Assembly (NCBI GenBank): GCA_963751455.1
Contig: CAVVUN010000001.1
Coordinates: 448,001 to 512,000 of the forward strand
DNA from: Nitrospirota bacterium
GTDB lineage: Bacteria > Nitrospirota > UBA9217
DNA length: 64,000 nt
Direction: 5' to 3'
Positions 58,933 to 64,000 of this stretch are shown here, piece after piece. How positions within the stretch are numbered: the stretch's first letter is position 1; every line of letters starts with the position of its first letter. Below the pieces are notes generated by a model. That model was not told the DNA's origin, ran no database searches, and worked only from the letters and a program-made list of their open reading frames with translations. A program made the translations under genes and the position numbers.

Positions 58933-59748
58933 ATGAAAACCATTTCTGGAATAGGAAAAGAATCGCGGGTACGCCTCTCTCAAATCATTCGCCAGACAAA
59001 GGGCACGATCACGGTTGAGCAAGCAGCAAAGATTCTGGGGCTGCCCGCCCCTGCCGCATCCAAGCTCCTTGCCCGCTGGGCGAATCAGGGCTGGCTTTCA
59101 CGCGTGCGTCAAGGCCTGTACGTCCCCGTGCCGCTCGAAGCCCGCACACCCGACATTGCGCTCGAAGATCCCTGGATCATAGCTGAACAGCTTTATTCAC
59201 CCTGCTATCTCGGCGGATGGTCCGCTGCTGAATATTGGGGCATGACGGAGCAGCTCTTTCGCACGATCATTGTGATGACGATCCGGAAGCCGCGCGACAG
59301 AAAGCCGTCGATCAAGGGCACGAATTTCCTCATCAGGACCGTCCCGCAGAAAGCGCTGTTCGGGATGAAACCGATATGGCGGGGGCAGGTAAAGGTCAAT
59401 GTCTCCGATCAGACCCGAACAATCCTGGACATGTTGAACGATCCGTCTCTTGGCGGCGGTCTCCGTCCATTCGTGGACGTGTTCAAAAGCTATCTGAAAT
59501 CAGATCAGAAGGATATCAGTTTGCTCATTTCCTATGCTGACCGGCTCGGAAATGGCGCGGTCTTCAAACGCCTCGGTTTTCTTGCGGAACGGATCGCTAA
59601 AGATGAGAAGAACCTGATTGAAGCCTGTCGGTTGCGTTTGACCGCCGGAAACGCGAAACTCGATCCTTCCTTGCCGTCAGACCGACTCATTACGGCATGG
59701 AAACTGTGGGTGCCTGCGGCATGGACCAGGGAGAAAACCGGTGATTGA
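58933..59748 (+). CDS. Type IV TA antitoxin AbiEi-family regulator
   Basis: wHTH with GWL.RVRQGLY, YLGGWSAAEYWGMTEQ, VSD..RTILD, KRLGFL.E. Confidence 0.85.
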   Translation: MKTISGIGKESRVRLSQIIRQTKGTITVEQAAKILGLPAPAASKLLARWANQGWLSRVRQGLYVPVPLEARTPDIALEDPWIIAEQLYSPCYLGGWSAAEYWGMTEQLFRTIIVMTIRKPRDRKPSIKGTNFLIRTVPQKALFGMKPIWRGQVKVNVSDQTRTILDMLNDPSLGGGLRPFVDVFKSYLKSDQKDISLLISYADRLGNGAVFKRLGFLAERIAKDEKNLIEACRLRLTAGNAKLDPSLPSDRLITAWKLWVPAAWTREKTGD

Positions 59749-61015
59749 CAGACAGGAAATCATGGAGTTTGCGAGAGAGTTCGCGCTCGCACCGAACGTT
59801 GTTGAAAAGGACTATGTCCTCGGCTGGTTCCTGGCTGGAATAGCGAGTCATGCGGAGCTCGGCCCTTCATGGGTATTCAAGGGGGGGACCTGCATCAAGA
59901 AGTGCTTCTTCGAAACCTACCGCTTTTCCGAAGACCTCGATTTTACGCTCACCGCTGCCGCCCATCTTGATCAGGATTTCCTGAAGCGATCATTTGCCGG
60001 CGTGACGCAATGGGTTTACGACAATACGGGTATCGAGATCCCGGAGAACGCAATACGGTTTGAAATATATACTAACTCGCGAGGCAAGGTCTCTGCGCAA
60101 GGCAAGATCGGCTATCGCGGCCCGCTCCAGCCGCGCGGCGATCTGCCAAGAATTAAGTTGGATTTTACCAATGACGAAGTGCTTGTACTTGAACCCGTCT
60201 CCCGCGAAGTCCACCACCCCTACTCGGACAATCCTGATGACGGCATTGATGTACGGTGCTACAGCTTCGAGGAAATCTTTGCTGAAAAGATACGCGCTCT
60301 GGCTGAACGGGAACGGCCTCGCGATCTCTATGATGTGATCCATCTGTTCCGGCACGAGGAGCTTAAAGCCAACCGCGAACAGATCATGAGGGCGCTTGAA
60401 CAGAAATGCGCTTTCAAAGGAATCCCCGTGCCGACCATGCAGTTACTCGAGAACAGACCCGAACGGGCTGAACTGGAGGCAGAATGGGTAAACATGCTTG
60501 GCCATCAGCTCCCGATGCTGCCGGACTTCGCGCAGTTCTGGAATGAACTGCCTGCTGTTTTTGCCTGGCTGCACGGCGAACAACCGCAAGGTGTCGCAGA
60601 ATCGCCTATGCCCTTTGGCGCGGAGGTCGATGCCGCGTGGCAGCCGCCGTCGATGGGTCATGCATGGCATGCACCGGTGCCGCTTGAAGTGGTACGGTTC
60701 GCAGCAGCTAACAGGCTTTGTGTCGTGCTGGGGTACAACGGTACCAGGCGGTTGATCGAGCCGTATTCCCTGAGACGATCCAAGGACGGCAACCTTCTGC
60801 TGGCTGCTGTCAAACACGAAACAGGAGATCCCAGATCGTATCGGGTTGATCGGATCCAGAGCGCGGAAGCGTCAACTGTTTCATTCAAGCCGCGGTATGT
60901 AATCGAGCTCACCCCTGCCGCTCCGATCTTTTCGCCGCCGACCAGGCATAACGCTCCGGCGCGTATAGCACGGACGCCGAGAGCAAACAAGCCGTCAGGG
61001 CGAAGGGGACGCTGA
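59741..61015 (+). CDS. AbiEii nucleotidyltransferase toxin fused to a C-terminal WYL domain
   Basis: EKDY, FKGGTC, RFSEDLDF, EK.RA, RPRDLYD; then Y.G..R.IEPYSL..R.YRVDRI. Confidence 0.85.
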   Translation: MIDRQEIMEFAREFALAPNVVEKDYVLGWFLAGIASHAELGPSWVFKGGTCIKKCFFETYRFSEDLDFTLTAAAHLDQDFLKRSFAGVTQWVYDNTGIEIPENAIRFEIYTNSRGKVSAQGKIGYRGPLQPRGDLPRIKLDFTNDEVLVLEPVSREVHHPYSDNPDDGIDVRCYSFEEIFAEKIRALAERERPRDLYDVIHLFRHEELKANREQIMRALEQKCAFKGIPVPTMQLLENRPERAELEAEWVNMLGHQLPMLPDFAQFWNELPAVFAWLHGEQPQGVAESPMPFGAEVDAAWQPPSMGHAWHAPVPLEVVRFAAANRLCVVLGYNGTRRLIEPYSLRRSKDGNLLLAAVKHETGDPRSYRVDRIQSAEASTVSFKPRYVIELTPAAPIFSPPTRHNAPARIARTPRANKPSGRRGR

Positions 61016-61112
61016 TCTGTTTAGTGCATAACGGAGTTACCCTCAATTGCGACCATTAGGCGGCTTCGCAGCAAATGGTTTCTGTGGCGGGATAATAAGA
61101 GCGGCTAAAGAG

Positions 61113-61631
61113 TCACGGCTTGATCTGTTTTACGAATCTCCCTTTATATTTCGCATGGCCGTCGCATCTTTCGAATATGAACTGGCAGATCCTGGTGCCG
61201 GGATACAGGGCCAGCGGCGCATGGCCCAGGTTAACTATTTCCAGTACCTGGTGATTCGCGATGCCGGGATGCATGAAGCCGGCTGTAACGTGCACGGCGA
61301 GTCCAAATCGCGCGAATCTGCTTCTGCCTTCCAGCCGTCCTGATATGTTGTCCGCAAGAGTAATCTTTTCCTTAGTAATTCCCAAAATCATCTCACCGGC
61401 CTTGATGACTACATAACCGCCGTCTTTGACATGAACACTTTTGGTAATGTCTTCGAAATGGGAATCATTTTTTACGTGATAGAGCTTGGATCTTTTTTTA
61501 AATATCCTGAAATCGTTGCCCAGGGTAAGATCTATCGAGCCTGGTCCGATCTGCGATTTATCGAGTGGTTCGATAGTGATCAATTTATTCTTTAAAGCTT
61601 TCTGCATTTCTTTGCCGATCAATACACTCAT
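61113..61631 (-). CDS. dcd: dCTP deaminase
   Basis: P.SIDLTLG, EGRSRFARFGL.VHVTAGF.HPG, LEIVN, ICQ..F. Confidence 0.9.
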   Translation of the reverse strand: MSVLIGKEMQKALKNKLITIEPLDKSQIGPGSIDLTLGNDFRIFKKRSKLYHVKNDSHFEDITKSVHVKDGGYVVIKAGEMILGITKEKITLADNISGRLEGRSRFARFGLAVHVTAGFMHPGIANHQVLEIVNLGHAPLALYPGTRICQFIFERCDGHAKYKGRFVKQIKP

Positions 61632-61840
61632 TCCCTTAACCCTCTTAAAACAATTTTCGCGCAAAGCCGCCAAGACGCAAAGAAAGGATTTCTGAGCGTT
61701 GCCTCGTTAAGTCTTTTTTATGCCTTTTGCTTGCACCCAGCGTTTATGAGACCCTTGATTCCCGTCTCCCGTCTCTCAGGAAGATGGTACTATAACGGGT
61801 CTATGCTTCACCCTTGATTACCGTCTCGCGGATAATAAAG

Positions 61841-61880
61841 CCCCCTCACCCTACCCTCTCCCCTCTGGGGGCGAGGATAA
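61841..61880. repeat. CCCCTCACCC-type palindromic repeat
   Basis: CCCCCTCACCCTACCCTCTCCCCTCTGGGGGCGAGG; related to 58709-58740. Confidence 0.55.
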
Positions 61881-61889
61881 AAGCGGGGT

Positions 61890-63023
61890 TCACTCCAAGG
61901 ACGCTTTCCAGCCCCGCTCAAACTCTTCATAGGAGAGCGTTACTCCTGAACCAACAGCTTTGCGGATATCGGCGCCAGCACTCAGCTCATCGAGAACGGC
62001 CTTGGCCCGATACATGCCGAAATTATCGATAAGATAGCGGACCGATGAGAGACTGAACAGGTAAGCAAGCCGGGCCTGATCCGCATTCAATCCCGTGAAT
62101 GATCCTTCGAGAGATGAAAGCGGCGGAATTTTTCCTGTCTGAGCTGTCTTCCTGATGTTGTCTTGATGACGCGTCTCAACCTGCAGTCCTTCGAAGTACT
62201 GGGCAAGCCCCTCGTTCAGCCATGCCGGACAGCGGGCGGTTATAGCGCGCACCGCAGCATGGGTATATTCGTGGAAAAGCAATCTCCGAAGCCCGGGGGT
62301 TTCTTTTTCGATGCCTCCGATCGGGAGCCGGATTTTGCCGTCGTAAATACCGCCGCTCCATCCCGGTGCGTCGGTGACTTCGCTGAACTGCCCGCTCGAA
62401 TAAAGGATCACCTGAATTTCCCGGTCAGGGTAATAAGACAGCGCACGGCCGATCTCACCGTATGCGTCCTCCAGTATCCTCAGGATTATTCTTCCTGCTT
62501 CAATCTTTTCCCTGCCCTCGTATTTGACCTGGAAATGACTTGTCATGTCTCGGTTGAAGTCCTTTTCGGTCCGATGCTCTTTCCGTATCCGCTCGAGCCG
62601 GTTCCTAAGCTCCGAGGAAGAAGGGTCCAGTTCTACCGCTTTTTCCCAATAAGAAGCCGCTGCGGACAGATCGTCTCTGCGGTAATATATCTCTCCCAGC
62701 AATTGGTACGGTCCGGACTCCTTCGGGCTTATTGCAGCCGCTCTTGACAATTCCCGCTCTGCAGACCGATCGTCCCCCAATTTAAAATATGTCATACCGA
62801 GCCCCAAAAGAACCGCCCCGTCTTTATCGTTATATCGAAGCGCCTCCTCGAACGACCCGCGCGCTGCGTTATAATCACCGGCCTTCAGTTGCTCCATCCC
62901 TGTCTTCACCAAACGCATATAGGTGTTCTGTTCGGCAGACTGGGCGTAGACAGCGGGGATTTCCGTTAGAAGGATGAGTCCGAAAACAACCAGTAATTTT
63001 TTCCCGAATTTTGTATTGATCAT
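61890..63023 (-). CDS. TPR protein with peptidase MA-like zincin domain
   Basis: Signal peptide, TPRs, WSGGIYDGKIR, HEYTH, P.WLNEGLA.Y.E. Confidence 0.85.
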   Translation of the reverse strand: MINTKFGKKLLVVFGLILLTEIPAVYAQSAEQNTYMRLVKTGMEQLKAGDYNAARGSFEEALRYNDKDGAVLLGLGMTYFKLGDDRSAERELSRAAAISPKESGPYQLLGEIYYRRDDLSAAASYWEKAVELDPSSSELRNRLERIRKEHRTEKDFNRDMTSHFQVKYEGREKIEAGRIILRILEDAYGEIGRALSYYPDREIQVILYSSGQFSEVTDAPGWSGGIYDGKIRLPIGGIEKETPGLRRLLFHEYTHAAVRAITARCPAWLNEGLAQYFEGLQVETRHQDNIRKTAQTGKIPPLSSLEGSFTGLNADQARLAYLFSLSSVRYLIDNFGMYRAKAVLDELSAGADIRKAVGSGVTLSYEEFERGWKASLE

Positions 63024-63057
63024 CTGGATTCCTAATAAAACCTCAAAACTGGAACTT

Positions 63058-63144
63058 TTATCCGCAGATTTCGCAGATTGACGCAGATTGAAAGCAAGAG
63101 TCAGGTTCTATCTAATCGGAGAAATCTGCGTAATCTGTGGATAA
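63058..63144. repeat. 9-mer-repeat inverted element (CGCAGATT family)
   Basis: ttatccgcagatt tcgcagatt gacgcagatt versus aatctgcgt aatctgtggataa. Confidence 0.75.
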
Positions 63145-63154
63145 TAACGGATTT

Positions 63155-63553
63155 TTAATCCTTCATCACCTTTACCATGACGCGCCGTTCCCGGGGGCCG
63201 TCGAACTCGCAGAAAAAGACCGCCTGCCATGTTCCCAGCGCCAAACGGCCGTCTTCTATTATGACGACCCGGGACACTCCGATCACGCTCGACTTTATGT
63301 GGGCAGCCGAATTTCCCTCGGTATGGCCGTAATTATCGTCGAACGGGATTATTTTATTCAGTTCCTTCAGGATGTCCCGTCCCACGTTCGGGTCGGAGTT
63401 TTCGTTAATGGTCACAGCGGAAGTCGTATGCGGCACATAGAGATAGCAGACCCCTGACCTGATACCGCTTTCCGCCACAAGCCTCTGCACTGCCTGTGTA
63501 ATGTCTACCAGTTCCGTCCTCGAATTGGTCTTAACCCGTAACTGCCTGATCAT
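63155..63553 (-). CDS. yjbQ: YjbQ/UPF0047 family protein
   Basis: HTTS..TINEN.DP, H.EGNS.AHIK, LGTWQ..F.EFDGPR.R. Confidence 0.92.
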   Translation of the reverse strand: MIRQLRVKTNSRTELVDITQAVQRLVAESGIRSGVCYLYVPHTTSAVTINENSDPNVGRDILKELNKIIPFDDNYGHTEGNSAAHIKSSVIGVSRVVIIEDGRLALGTWQAVFFCEFDGPRERRVMVKVMKD

Positions 63554-64000
63554 GAAGCACCTCTCTCCTCAACAATAGGATAAATGATGTGTGTGATGAG
63601 CGAGTTAATCCTCGCAAGATTGGCGATGATGTCGAGATGGATATGGCTGGTTTCAATCGACTCGCGAAACCCTTTGCGGAGACGGTCGAGATGCGCCTGT
63701 ACCAGGTCGCGCTCGAGTGTGCCGATTTCCTCCTTGTTTCTGAGGACCCGGTCTGCAAGCTCTCTGTCTCCGGCAGTAAAGGCGGAAACAGCGGTATCGA
63801 AGTTCTCGATTACCCTCTTGTGAAACATGACGATTTCATCCATGCCTTCCTCAGAAAAGGTCATGCCTTTATTGATCCGCTTTATGGCCAACGGCATGAT
63901 ATTACGGTCTATAATGTCCCCGATGCTTTCCAGGTTGCGCGATACTTCAAGGACCGTCATAACGCGTCTCAACTGGGACTCGGTCAGATGGGCCGAGGAT
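63550..64000 (-). CDS. Na+/Pi cotransporter family protein, C-terminal PhoU domains (partial)
   Basis: NLE.IGD, FSEEG..E, H..RL..G..ESIETS..HLD....RINS. Confidence 0.8.
   Translation of the reverse strand, partial: SSAHLTESQLRRVMTVLEVSRNLESIGDIIDRNIMPLAIKRINKGMTFSEEGMDEIVMFHKRVIENFDTAVSAFTAGDRELADRVLRNKEEIGTLERDLVQAHLDRLRKGFRESIETSHIHLDIIANLARINSLITHIIYPIVEERGAS

Overview
Chromosomal window from an anaerobic Gram-negative bacterium. Gene content and repeat style suggest Nitrospirota or a deltaproteobacterium-like organism (inference only). Most genes lie on the minus strand. Housekeeping content: thrS 5' end; tRNA-Val, -Arg, -Pro and -Phe; an RpoS-like sigma factor; oxidoreductase beta/gamma subunits; purF/purB; nusB-ribH-ribBA-ribE; a NikR-controlled Ni/Co ECF transporter with a frameshifted cbiQ; fdhD; archaeal-type pheS/pheT; queA; dcd; yjbQ. 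Accessory content: (1) a five-gene envelope locus (3186-aa repeat surface protein, TPR/beta-barrel, FecR, beta-propeller lipoprotein, CHASE2 adenylate cyclase); (2) an integrase-less tandem array of 2-3 kb cargo units, each bounded by a copy of the tRNA-Arg(CCT) 3' half plus conserved flanks, one carrying a HicAB + third-gene module; (3) a mobile/defence cluster at 54-61 kb (group II intron in an attC-like site after a BrnT/BrnA-like pair, a TIR-flanked HUH transposase interrupted by IS200, AbiEi plus an AbiEii-WYL fusion); (4) many intergenic hairpins built from 7/8/9-mer tandem repeats, several threaded by small ORFs that bridge one gene's stop to the next gene's start, and several hosting nested MITE/REP insertions. 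All family calls come from reading motifs by eye; no database search was run.
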